From an uncultured Verrucomicrobiae bacterium (GTDB lineage: Bacteria; Verrucomicrobiota; Verrucomicrobiia; Chthoniobacterales; JAFAMB01), in NCBI GenBank assembly GCA_963837955.1, contig CAWIPH010000001.1:128001-192000 (forward strand): a stretch of DNA of 64,000 nucleotides. Direction: 5' to 3'. Positions 30,732 through 39,972 of the stretch are shown in pieces. Below the pieces are notes generated by a model. The model did not search any database. It saw only the letters and a program-made list of their open reading frames with translations, and was not told the origin of the DNA. How positions within the stretch are numbered: position 1 is the first letter of the stretch; each line of letters begins with the position of its first letter. The translations under genes and the position numbers were made by a program.

Positions 30732-31493
30732 TCAGTACTTTACCTTCACAAGGTACAAACCCTCGGCGGGCGCCAGATAATTGCTTTTGCGCCCTTTCGG
30801 ACTTGCCAGGAGGTCTTTCAACCAATCCAAGTCTTTCCGCCCCAATGCAACCTGCACGATCGAACCGGTTAGAAGCCGAACCATCCGGTAAAGAAACCCG
30901 TCTCCCGAATAATCCAACGTTATCACAGAGCCCTTTTGTCGAATCGTGATACCGCGGATGGTCCGAACGGTAGATTCCGATGGAGTCCGCCGATTCGCGG
31001 CGAATGCGGCAAAGTCGTGCGTACCGACAAAAATCGCTGCGGCTCTCCGGATAACTTCGACCGAAAGTTGGCGGGAGATATGCCAGGACCTGTTAACTTC
31101 CAGGGGATGCAGAAAAGCGGCGTTCCAGATACGATAGCGATAGACTTTGCCTTGGGCGGAGAATCGAGCGTGAAATCCAGGCCCGGCCAACCGACAACGC
31201 AACACCCGTACCTCACGAGGCAGATGAGCATTAAGTGCGGCCAGCCATACTTCTCGCGAAAGCTTTCCTTTGGGAACATCAACGTGAGCCACCTGAGCCA
31301 TGGCATGAACTCCGGCGTCCGTACGACCGGCACCGTGGACCTTGGGGGTAGTTCCTAGAATCTGCTGAAAGGCTCCGACCAAGTGGTCTTGCACCGCCTT
31401 TCCATTTGGCTGGCTTTGCCAACCGGAAAAAGCTCCACCATCATAGGCTATCGTGAGCCGCAATCGTTCACAGGGCAGAACTCGCTTGTCCAC
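30732..31493 (-). CDS. truA: tRNA pseudouridine(38-40) synthase
   Basis: YDGGAFSGWQ, GAGRTDAGVHA, FHARFSA, GFLYRMVR, APAEGLYL. Confidence 0.96.
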   Translation of the reverse strand: MDKRVLPCERLRLTIAYDGGAFSGWQSQPNGKAVQDHLVGAFQQILGTTPKVHGAGRTDAGVHAMAQVAHVDVPKGKLSREVWLAALNAHLPREVRVLRCRLAGPGFHARFSAQGKVYRYRIWNAAFLHPLEVNRSWHISRQLSVEVIRRAAAIFVGTHDFAAFAANRRTPSESTVRTIRGITIRQKGSVITLDYSGDGFLYRMVRLLTGSIVQVALGRKDLDWLKDLLASPKGRKSNYLAPAEGLYLVKVKY

Positions 31494-31635
31494 CCTACTA
31501 TAAAGAATCTTTTTCGGCCGTGATTCTAGCTAAAGAAATCGATGGGGAGGGCTCATCGCCCTTCTCCACTCGCGCGGTTTGGGAACGCTTTATTTTTCTG
31601 GCGTCGCCCTCGACCTCCGGTCCAGATTGGCTTGC

Positions 31636-32676
31636 ATGGCGCCCGATTTTGTCTTTCGGCCGGTTGGCGAACACGATCTCGGCGGTCTCAGGCATCTGGC
31701 TGACGTAATCCAAGACGGATTGACCACGCTGCCGCCCGAGGACGCCGCGCTCGAAGATCGTATTAACCAATCCCTTCGCGCCTTTGATCATCGGATAAAA
31801 AAGGCCGGAGGCGACCATTACCTTTTTGCTCTCGAAGAAATCGGTTCCGGTGCGGTAGTCGGCACTTCCGGAATCATCGCGCGCGTCGGCGGTTTCGATC
31901 CGTTTTATACCTACGAGGTTCGCCGAGAGCGGCTCGTGCATCTGCCGCTCGGGATCGATAGTGAAATGGACGTACTTCACCTCAAGCTCGACCACAAAGG
32001 CCCGTCTGAGGTTTGTACGCTGTCACTGCGACCAGAGTTCCGCCGCGCTGGACTTGGGCTTCTGTTGTCGTTGAGCCGTTTCCTTTTCATGGCTTGCTTT
32101 CCGCAGAGATTTGACGAGCACGTGATTGCAGAACTGCGAGGGTTTACCAATGAACATGGACTTTCTCCGTTTTGGGAGGCGATCGGTCGGCATTTCTTTG
32201 CCCAAACGTTTGCCCATGCGGATTTTCTGAGCGGCATCGGTCAAAAGGATTTTATCCGCGATTTGATGCCCAAATATCCGATATACACCGCCACACTTCC
32301 CGAAGAGGCCCGGGCGGTGATTGGACGAGTTCACCGCGACGCCGAGCCCGCTCTCAAGATCCTGCTGGCCCAAGGATTTGAGCGATCCAATGAGGTCGAC
32401 ATTTTCGATGCGGGCCCGCTGGTGAGAGCTTCTCGATCGTCAATTAAAGCCGTCGGTGAGTCACGATTTGGTGAGATCGCTGCGTTGCGGGAACCGCATG
32501 ATAGCACGCCCTACTTGGTCGCTCACGCAGCGCTCAATTTCCGAGCTTGTCTTGCGCCGTTAGAAATTATTGAAGACCGGACCATTATTATCTCCGAGCG
32601 AACGGCGGCGGTTCTTCAGGTGGGAATTGGTAATCGACTGGTTTTCCTCGCCCTACCGACTCGACCCATCCGATGA
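31636..32676 (+). CDS. astA: Arginine N-succinyltransferase
   Basis: LTTLP, YLFALE, SEVCTL, LLSLSRFLF, VIAELRG, SPFWEAIGRHFF, DIFDAGP. Start set at ATG 31636. Confidence 0.93.
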   Translation: MAPDFVFRPVGEHDLGGLRHLADVIQDGLTTLPPEDAALEDRINQSLRAFDHRIKKAGGDHYLFALEEIGSGAVVGTSGIIARVGGFDPFYTYEVRRERLVHLPLGIDSEMDVLHLKLDHKGPSEVCTLSLRPEFRRAGLGLLLSLSRFLFMACFPQRFDEHVIAELRGFTNEHGLSPFWEAIGRHFFAQTFAHADFLSGIGQKDFIRDLMPKYPIYTATLPEEARAVIGRVHRDAEPALKILLAQGFERSNEVDIFDAGPLVRASRSSIKAVGESRFGEIAALREPHDSTPYLVAHAALNFRACLAPLEIIEDRTIIISERTAAVLQVGIGNRLVFLALPTRPIR

Positions 32677-34043
32677 ACGCTGCTGCTGCTCCGTCGATTG
32701 AGTTTCGAGAATATAATTTCGATGGATTGGTAGGGCCAACTCACCATTATGGAGGACTTTCTCGAGGGAATCCCGCATCAATGCAAAATCGGGCATTGGT
32801 TTCCCACCCGCGCCTGGCTGTCCGTCAAGGCCTGGCCAAAATGCGTTGCCTCTTTGAACTAGGCGTCGGCCAGGCGCTTATCCCGCCCCTGCATCGCCCG
32901 CGGCTCGATTTGCTTCGTCGAGTTGGATTTACGGGTAACGATCAGCAGATAATCGAGAAGGCGTGGCGACAAGCGCCGGATCTGCTTTCTGCCAGCTTCT
33001 CCGCCTCTGGGATGTGGACGGCAAATGCCGCTACTGTGGCTCCCAGTTGTGACACCGCCGACAGCAAGTTGCACTTCACCCCGGCTAACTTGATTGCAAA
33101 TCTTCACCGCTCCTTTGAGGCCGAAGATACTGCTGCTCTTTTGCAGGTTCTCTTTCCAGACCCTGAGCTCTTTTTTCATCATGCACCGCTCCCACGAACG
33201 CTCGCCCTCGGTGATGAAGGTGCCGCGAACCACAACCGGCTGGTCGCTGCGACCGGGAAGCCTGGTATCCATTTGTTTGTTTATGGCCGCGAACATTTCC
33301 GGCAAACTAAACCGACTCGTTTTCCGCAGAGGCAGACACTGGAAGCAGCCCAGGCAATCGCCCGATTGCATCGGCTCGATGCGGACCGCACCTTTTTTGC
33401 GCAGCAGAACCCGGAATCGATCGAGGCCGGAGTCTTTCATAACGATGTGATAGCGACAGCCCACAACGAACTCTTGTTGTATCACGAAAAAGCTTTTGTC
33501 GAACCGCAGGAGTTAATTCAGCAACTATCCACAGCCTTCGCCAAGACCCAAGGCAGAGACTTATTCGCTATTGAAATAAATCAATTCTCGCTGAGTGAAG
33601 CAGTGGCATCCTACTTTTTTAATTCGCAGGTGGTCACGGCTTGGGACGGGAAGATGGCTCTGATCGCGCCGGAGGAATCGCGACAAATAGTGCCAGTCTA
33701 CGAAACGATCCAACAGCTGCAATCCGATCCCAACTGCCCCATTTCCCGAGTGCTGTTCTTGGATCTCCGTGAAAGCATGAAAAACGGGGGCGGTCCGGCC
33801 TGCTTGCGAAATCGGATAGTTCTGAACTCAAAGGAGCGTGCCGCCGTTCCGCAGCGAGTCTTTCTGGACGAACACTTGTTTTCCGAACTGGAGCAATGGG
33901 CAGATCGACGTTACCGAGAAAGTCTGATTTTGAATGACTTCCTCGATCCGTCGCTTCGCGAGGAAGTAGAGCTTGCGCTCGATGAATTGACCCAAGTCCT
34001 GGGACTTGGATCCATCTATCCTTTTCAAAAAGGAGGGGCATGA
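32673..34043 (+). CDS. astB: N-succinylarginine dihydrolase
   Basis: EYNFDGLVGPTHHYGGLS, MWTANAATV, GDEGAANH, GVFHNDV, ESMKNGGGPACLR. Confidence 0.95.
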   Translation: MNAAAAPSIEFREYNFDGLVGPTHHYGGLSRGNPASMQNRALVSHPRLAVRQGLAKMRCLFELGVGQALIPPLHRPRLDLLRRVGFTGNDQQIIEKAWRQAPDLLSASFSASGMWTANAATVAPSCDTADSKLHFTPANLIANLHRSFEAEDTAALLQVLFPDPELFFHHAPLPRTLALGDEGAANHNRLVAATGKPGIHLFVYGREHFRQTKPTRFPQRQTLEAAQAIARLHRLDADRTFFAQQNPESIEAGVFHNDVIATAHNELLLYHEKAFVEPQELIQQLSTAFAKTQGRDLFAIEINQFSLSEAVASYFFNSQVVTAWDGKMALIAPEESRQIVPVYETIQQLQSDPNCPISRVLFLDLRESMKNGGGPACLRNRIVLNSKERAAVPQRVFLDEHLFSELEQWADRRYRESLILNDFLDPSLREEVELALDELTQVLGLGSIYPFQKGGA

Positions 34044-35209
34044 ATCCACACGTTTGGATACAGGGAGAGCAGCATCGGCTTCTCGAGCGCGTGATCCGCT
34101 GGGCCGAAATTAACTCCGGGAGCGGTAATCTGGACGGCCTAGGTCGCCTAGCCGAAATGGTATTGAGTGATTTTCAAGAGCTTGAGCCAGACGATTCGGC
34201 GTTACTTCTCGTTCCGGACACCGTCATCGGTCCGCGCCCTTTAATCCGACTACAAAAGCGCTCAAATGCGACTAAAAAGGCTCTGTTTTTTGGGCATTTG
34301 GACACGGTCTACGGTCCCGAACACCCTCTCCAAAACACGCGGTTCCTGGCCGACGGAAAACTCAACGGACCCGGGGTCTGCGACATGAAAGGTGGTTTGG
34401 CAATCTTGCTTTGCGGTTTGACGGCGTTCGAACGCTCGAATCACGAAAAACGATTTGGATGGACCATCCTGATAAATTCGGATGAAGAGGTTGGATCATC
34501 CTTGTCGTCGCCGTTCTTTGAAGCGGTCGCGCCAAGTCATGAGGTGGGACTTGGGTTTGAACCGGCTTTGCGAGATGGGTCGATCGCTTCCAGCCGAAAA
34601 GGATCAGGGAATTTTACGTTGCAGTTCCACGGCAAAGCGGCCCATAGCGGAAGAAACCCCCGCGACGGAGTTAACGCACTAGTGCCGCTAGCCCATTTCA
34701 TCCTGGAGTGCCACGCGATGAATAGTCGCCGCGATTCCATTTTTATTAACCCGGCAATCGTTACCGGGGGCACCGCAGCCAATGTCGTTCCCGATTTCGC
34801 TTCTTGCCAAGTGAATGTGCGAACCGCCACGCCCGCCGATGAGGCGTGGATCCTGGAAGAGTTTCATCGTTTCGTTGCCGAGATTTCCGAGAAAAATGGA
34901 TACCGCGCCGAGCTCTCCGGCACCTTTACCGCGCCACCGAAGAAGCTTAGTCCTCAGACCGAAACCTTGATCGAGTTAGTACAAAAAGCCGGCCACAAGA
35001 TCGGCCTTGATATTCAGGCCAAGCCGACCGGCGGGACTTGCGATGGCAATCGACTCGCGGGCTTTGGCCTACCCAATCTCGATAACCTGGGAGCGAGGGG
35101 TGACTATATCCACAGCAAAGACGAATTTATCCATCTGGAAAGCCTTGTGGAACGCGCTCGGTTGCTCTACGAAGTTTTGTTGGAGCTGAACGAAAGGCTA
35201 ATTCAGTGA
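34040..35209 (+). CDS. M20-family metallohydrolase (candidate desuccinylase)
   Basis: GHLDTV, GPGVCDMKGG, DEEVGS, GKAAHSG, HSKDE; ATGA-coupled to astB. Confidence 0.88.
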   Translation: MNPHVWIQGEQHRLLERVIRWAEINSGSGNLDGLGRLAEMVLSDFQELEPDDSALLLVPDTVIGPRPLIRLQKRSNATKKALFFGHLDTVYGPEHPLQNTRFLADGKLNGPGVCDMKGGLAILLCGLTAFERSNHEKRFGWTILINSDEEVGSSLSSPFFEAVAPSHEVGLGFEPALRDGSIASSRKGSGNFTLQFHGKAAHSGRNPRDGVNALVPLAHFILECHAMNSRRDSIFINPAIVTGGTAANVVPDFASCQVNVRTATPADEAWILEEFHRFVAEISEKNGYRAELSGTFTAPPKKLSPQTETLIELVQKAGHKIGLDIQAKPTGGTCDGNRLAGFGLPNLDNLGARGDYIHSKDEFIHLESLVERARLLYEVLLELNERLIQ

Positions 35210-35646
35210 TTGTACTAATCGTTCTCCTCGTAAGTGCCCTTCTTTTCCGGGCTCTCGGTTTTTTTGGAATACCGGTATTCGCGACTTGGCGCGACTCGAT
35301 TCTTTGCGCGCTAGCAGTGATGTTTTGTTTTACCGGCGTCGCCCATTTCGGACGGATGCGCGATGAAATAGAGAAGATGGTGCCGCCCTGGGTGCCCAAT
35401 CCGCGACGTGTTGTCACGTGGACCGGAATCTGTGAAATTCTCGGCGCGGTGGGGCTGATCATTCCAGAAACCCGCTTTCTTGCCGGCATTTGTCTGATCA
35501 TCTTTCTAGTAGCGGTTTTCCCAGCGAACATTCACGCCGTCACAACCGGCGCAACGCTAGGTGGCAGAGCCGTTACATCTCTATGGATTCGCGCGCCGGT
35601 GCAGGTGCTTCTCATCCTGCTTATCGCGTGGACTTGCTTTTATTAG
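35206..35646 (+). CDS. DoxX-family membrane protein
   Basis: Four hydrophobic segments; FTGVAHF, TGICEILGA, VFPANI. Confidence 0.8.
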   Translation: MIVLIVLLVSALLFRALGFFGIPVFATWRDSILCALAVMFCFTGVAHFGRMRDEIEKMVPPWVPNPRRVVTWTGICEILGAVGLIIPETRFLAGICLIIFLVAVFPANIHAVTTGATLGGRAVTSLWIRAPVQVLLILLIAWTCFY

Positions 35647-35828
35647 GATGACATGAACGCAGCACAGATTGATCCCGCGCCCGGCTTGAGGAAAGTCCAT
35701 CGCCGGCCACGACGTAGCCTTGCGCCTTCGCCGAGCCTACGGTGCGACAAGCGAGCGTAATCGAGTTTTCGCTCTACCAACCCTGAGGCCGGCCAGAGCA
35801 AAGGCTCTTCCTTTGTCTACCCCCCTTG

Positions 35829-36287
35829 CTACTCATCGTCCTCGAGGCGCTTACCGTAGCAGACAACTTCGTCCGGGCGGAATCCGAGACCTTCGTAGAA
35901 TCGCGAGAGCCCCCCATCGGCGCTCGCACGCACCTGCAGATTAATTTTCGGGCACCCAGCAGCTCGAAGTATCGCCTCCGCCGTTTCCATCAATTGAGTG
36001 CCGATTCTTCGTCCGCGAAACAGGTCAGCCACCGCTAAGTAATTGATCCACCCGCGGTGACCCTCATAGCCAACCATGATCGAGCCAACTATCTCTTCCC
36101 CCAAGACGGCTACCAAAAACCATTCCGGGTTGACGCGTAGCTTACGCGCGATGTCTTTGCCGGGATTATTCCATGGGCGGATCAGACCACACGAACGCCA
36201 GAGCTCGATCACATGATCCAAATCATCCGTCCGAAATGGCCGGATCTCGAGCCTATCAAGCCTGCCGGAGGTGTCTTTATGCGCCAT
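35829..36287 (-). CDS. GNAT acetyltransferase (YpeA-like)
   Basis: RPWNNP, MVGYEGHRGWINYLAV, RGRRIG, GCPKINLQV. Confidence 0.88.
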   Translation of the reverse strand: MAHKDTSGRLDRLEIRPFRTDDLDHVIELWRSCGLIRPWNNPGKDIARKLRVNPEWFLVAVLGEEIVGSIMVGYEGHRGWINYLAVADLFRGRRIGTQLMETAEAILRAAGCPKINLQVRASADGGLSRFYEGLGFRPDEVVCYGKRLEDDE

Positions 36288-36317
36288 CGCTAACAGATTC
36301 TGTAAGACCTTCCGAAA

Positions 36318-36794
36318 TCAAGGCGTCGGGCTCGGCGTGCTGGCTGGTTCTTCAATCGGCGGCCGAAAGAGCTGTGGGTTCGATACCTGAGGATATTCGA
36401 TACTCACATTTCTCATTTGTTTCTGCTTCGTTGCGTTGGAAAGATCGCTGAAGCTCAAGACCGTTACGTGGTTGTTCCCCTGCCAACTCACGCGGACAGC
36501 GAGTGCATCAGGACACACCATCACGTTCCCCGTCTCATCCGACACCGATTGATCAATCGGCAAAATCGATACGTTCGTAGTGAACAGAACTTCGTCCGGA
36601 CATTTCCGGAGGTAAACGACCGCCTTCAATTGACCATTCGGAGAACGTTCCTGCGATCGAATGGCAGTCCGGCAAGGCTCTGGTTTTCTGGAACAACCGA
36701 TAAGCCCGACAAGGGCCCAAAGAGTCAAAAGCCCAGGGGCCAAGATCTGTGCCGCATTTGGAGTACGAGGACGACAATCTTCCAGGAAAAGCAA
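36318..36794 (-). CDS. Hypothetical lipoprotein
   Basis: LIGC lipobox-like segment followed by SPNGQLKAVV; start uncertain. Confidence 0.6.
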   Translation of the reverse strand: MLFLEDCRPRTPNAAQILAPGLLTLWALVGLIGCSRKPEPCRTAIRSQERSPNGQLKAVVYLRKCPDEVLFTTNVSILPIDQSVSDETGNVMVCPDALAVRVSWQGNNHVTVLSFSDLSNATKQKQMRNVSIEYPQVSNPQLFRPPIEEPASTPSPTP

Positions 36795-36819
36795 ATTTCT
36801 ATACCACTCTCGAGAGCTG

Positions 36820-37326
36820 CTAGGTCTGCGCTCGTTTGCGTTTTATGAAGACCGACAAGATCCCTTTCATCCGCGTCAGAACATAATATACCGTATGACT
36901 TCGCGCTCGGACCAGGTCTGCTCCAATGATCTTGGGTATAAAATCACTCGGAAGATCCATTACTTCGTCAATCTTCGCGCCTTGCAGCCCGCGACACAGA
37001 ATCGACGTCATTGCTCGAGTTAGTGTTTGAACCTGCGGCCCAAGTGAGACGCGGAACCGCACTCGCTGATCCGGATCTACACCGAGAAACACCCCGACAG
37101 TATCCGTACATTCCTCATCCTTCCTGACGTCTTCCAAATCGAATCTGTCACCGTCACGCGGCGCCCATTTCGCCGATTGTTCGGCATAGGATATAAGGGT
37201 TTCGCGCTTCTCTTCTTCTGGTAGCGATACAAAGAGATCAACGATCGATTGCAGGCCGGGCGGATAGGTTGAGCTAGTCTCCACAGTATCTATTGATCCC
37301 AACTCATCGAGCTCTCCGCAATTCAT
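36820..37326 (-). CDS. SufE-family sulfur acceptor protein
   Basis: YPPGLQSIVDLF, EECTDTV (acceptor Cys), downstream of a sulfurtransferase. Start may instead be GTG 37284. Confidence 0.75.
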   Translation of the reverse strand: MNCGELDELGSIDTVETSSTYPPGLQSIVDLFVSLPEEEKRETLISYAEQSAKWAPRDGDRFDLEDVRKDEECTDTVGVFLGVDPDQRVRFRVSLGPQVQTLTRAMTSILCRGLQGAKIDEVMDLPSDFIPKIIGADLVRARSHTVYYVLTRMKGILSVFIKRKRAQT

Positions 37327-37458
37327 AATTAACTCGTCTGCCCGCTGTCGCCCAGGTGCAGAAAACACCGAGAAGGCAAAGAGGCAACCCATTTGCCAAC
37401 GGACGGCAAACAGCCAATTTGCTATTGGTTATCTGCTATTGAGCGACCGTTTCGGTCT

Positions 37459-38316
37459 TCAGGGTTTCTCGATGGGGACGCGGACCGCGTTCCCCCATTC
37501 AGTCCAGGATCCATCGTAATTCTTTACGTCGGTAAATCCGAGGAGTTGCGTCAATACAAACCAGGTATGACTCGAGCGTTCGCCGATGCGGCAATAGACG
37601 ATAGTGTGGTCGGATTCCCCAAAACCCAAATCGTCGACGTAAATCTTACGCAGCTCCTCTGGTGACTTGAATGTGCCATCAGCGTTGGCCGCGGTTTTCC
37701 AAGGAACACTCTTAGCCCCTGGGATATGGCCACCACGCAGAACTCCTTCCTGGGGGTACTCCGGCATGTGAGTGATTTCACCCTTAAACTCTCCGGGTGA
37801 CCGAACGTCGATCAGCGGCTTATGTGCTTTGCTCTGCTCAAGGGTCTCGGCGGAAAACGCGCGAATCTCTGCATCCCGGCGCCGAGCTGGTACTGGGTAA
37901 CGAGTCTTCGGATACTGAGGCTTTTCTTTAGTGGTCGCACGCCCTTCGGCTATCCACTTGTCTCTGCCCCCGTTGAGAACGCGGAGGTCTTTGTGGCCAA
38001 AGAGAGAAAAAACCCACAAAGCGTAACAGGCCCACCAATTCGATTTATCGCCGTAAAATACAAGGGTAGTCTCTGGCGTAATGCCAATCTCTTCCGCGAG
38101 TTTGGCGAACGCTTCCTGAGTAAGATAGTCACGGATAACTTGATCGTTCAGATCTTTCCGCCAATCGACATGCACGGCGCCGGGAATGTGGCCGGTGTCG
38201 TACAGCAATACGTCTTCATTACTTTCGATCACGCGGATCGAGGGATCTTGGAGATGCTCGGCTAGCCAATCGGAGCTGACCAGAGATTCGGGATGAGCAT
38301 ATTTATTGGAGGCCAT
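37459..38316 (-). CDS. sseA: Tandem-rhodanese thiosulfate sulfurtransferase (SseA/CysA type)
   Basis: [30 protein letters not shown] active-site loop, YDGSWTEW. Confidence 0.9.
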   Translation of the reverse strand: MASNKYAHPESLVSSDWLAEHLQDPSIRVIESNEDVLLYDTGHIPGAVHVDWRKDLNDQVIRDYLTQEAFAKLAEEIGITPETTLVFYGDKSNWWACYALWVFSLFGHKDLRVLNGGRDKWIAEGRATTKEKPQYPKTRYPVPARRRDAEIRAFSAETLEQSKAHKPLIDVRSPGEFKGEITHMPEYPQEGVLRGGHIPGAKSVPWKTAANADGTFKSPEELRKIYVDDLGFGESDHTIVYCRIGERSSHTWFVLTQLLGFTDVKNYDGSWTEWGNAVRVPIEKP

Positions 38317-38339
38317 ACCGAGCGAAAACTACACCCGCG

Positions 38340-38563
38340 GAAGCAATGGTCAACACATCACATAATTCTCCATAGGATTTAAGGGGAATATTCAAATGGT
38401 TGCAACAGATGGTTGTTTATGCCCAAGAAACTAAGATTTTAAATCAAATTTCTATATACGTTTTCTAATTATTCGTTAATATCGTCTTTAGCTTAATATT
38501 CTATTAAGCTGTTCTAAATCGTCTGGCCTTGTTTATTGACGATTTCGACTCAAATTTACGACT
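38340..38563. promoter_or_regulatory. AT-rich divergent promoter region between sseA and the lysine-catabolic operon
   Basis: Marked drop in GC between two divergent starts; individual boxes not resolved. Confidence 0.5.
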
Positions 38564-39958
38564 ATGACCGAAGTGCACCCTCACCAATCATCGGCCTTTG
38601 ACTGGCCGCTTGCCTTTCCCGCAGAGGAGCTTTTGCGCAAACGGATCGCCTCTTTCCTGGAACGCCATTCTTGGGCTCAACGATTCTCGGATCGGCTTCA
38701 TGAAGACACGGGGACGGATCTGTTTGAATGGATTGATCATTTGACCGTAAACGAAGAGGAAGTTTTCGCGCTACGGGAAGTTGGGTTTGTCTCGGAGGGA
38801 GTGAAGACTCCGGCTGGAGTTGAAGTTTTGTATCATCCGCAAGCAATGCTTCCGCGGGTAGTTGTGATGCAGGAAGGCAGTCGCGACGGTGCGCCAGCGC
38901 GCCTTGCTATCCGCCCGGAATCGTTGGTTGACTTTGTTGCTGCCCACGATCTGCGTGCCGAAATTCGCGACCGATTTGGGAGCCGCCTACGCCGGGCAAC
39001 CATCTCAACCGAAAACGGGTTCGAGCTTCTCGCCGTTGAACGACTTGGTTGGAGACATTTTGTGGCGAGCGAACCTGTACCCGGATTTGCTACTTCGATT
39101 CTCGCGGTCCAAGAACTTTGGCGAACTCGGAAGCGGAATTTTCCGGACGACTCTGAGGGAGTCAAACTCGCTTTTGAGTTGCAAGCAAAAGCCATGGAGC
39201 TCGTCGGACCAGATGTCGCCTGCGAACTTTTCTTCGCAGAGGAGCGCCGCTACTGGGAGAGACGGAATCGCGCGGGCCAGATTCAAAAGCGCCGCCAAGA
39301 TCTTCTTGGTCTTGGCTGGGGAAACCATGATCACCACACGTTCCGCTGTTCCCGACGATTTTTTGCCGATCTTATCCGGTTCCTTGTGAATTTCGGATTC
39401 ACTAAACGTGAACGCTACTACGCCGGCGCCGAAGCTGGATGGGGCGCGCAAATCCTGGAACATTACGCGACCGGTATCACGGTTTTTGCTGACGTCGATC
39501 TCATGGCGGAAGAGACCGAAATTGATTTTTCTCAGCAGCCGCTGCCGGAGGCGCCTCGTCTACGCACCGTCGGACTGTGGTGCGGACTACACGGTGACAG
39601 TTTTCTCCAAGCGGGCATGCATCACTTGGAGGCACGATTCGAGTTCGGAGCATTGCGCGACCAATTGGCCGGTGAGGGTGTCTCGACGATGAAGCCCTTC
39701 TCTGATTTTGAGTTTCTCAAGCAGGCATTTACCGAAGGCGAGCGCTGGTCAGTCGATCCAAGTCGGGTTCAGCACCTTCTTGATCGTGGACTGATTACCG
39801 GCGAACAGGCAGAAATTTTTCGCCAAACCGGCGCAATCGGCAGCCACCTGGAGAATCTACAACGCAAAGGCGGCTTCAAAGGGTTCAATCAAAAATCGGT
39901 GAGCGTGATTATCGAAGCGACCGACCCAAGGGCATTGACCGCGGTCAACCATTCATAG
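38564..39958 (+). CDS. Hypothetical protein, probable divergent DUF1338/HglS-like Fe(II) dioxygenase
   Basis: NHDHHTFR ... MHHLEARF ... LKQAFT ... GSHLENLQR ... FKGFNQKSVSVIIEATD follows the DUF1338 motif order; operon context agrees. Confidence 0.6.
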   Translation: MTEVHPHQSSAFDWPLAFPAEELLRKRIASFLERHSWAQRFSDRLHEDTGTDLFEWIDHLTVNEEEVFALREVGFVSEGVKTPAGVEVLYHPQAMLPRVVVMQEGSRDGAPARLAIRPESLVDFVAAHDLRAEIRDRFGSRLRRATISTENGFELLAVERLGWRHFVASEPVPGFATSILAVQELWRTRKRNFPDDSEGVKLAFELQAKAMELVGPDVACELFFAEERRYWERRNRAGQIQKRRQDLLGLGWGNHDHHTFRCSRRFFADLIRFLVNFGFTKRERYYAGAEAGWGAQILEHYATGITVFADVDLMAEETEIDFSQQPLPEAPRLRTVGLWCGLHGDSFLQAGMHHLEARFEFGALRDQLAGEGVSTMKPFSDFEFLKQAFTEGERWSVDPSRVQHLLDRGLITGEQAEIFRQTGAIGSHLENLQRKGGFKGFNQKSVSVIIEATDPRALTAVNHS

Positions 39959-39972
39959 GGAGGAGATCGGTC

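Noticed and set aside
38340..38563. Lysine riboswitch ahead of the lysine-catabolic operon
   Set aside because: The region is very AT-rich and lacks the AGAGGUGC...GAAAGG...GCCGAA L-box core; it is better explained as a promoter region.
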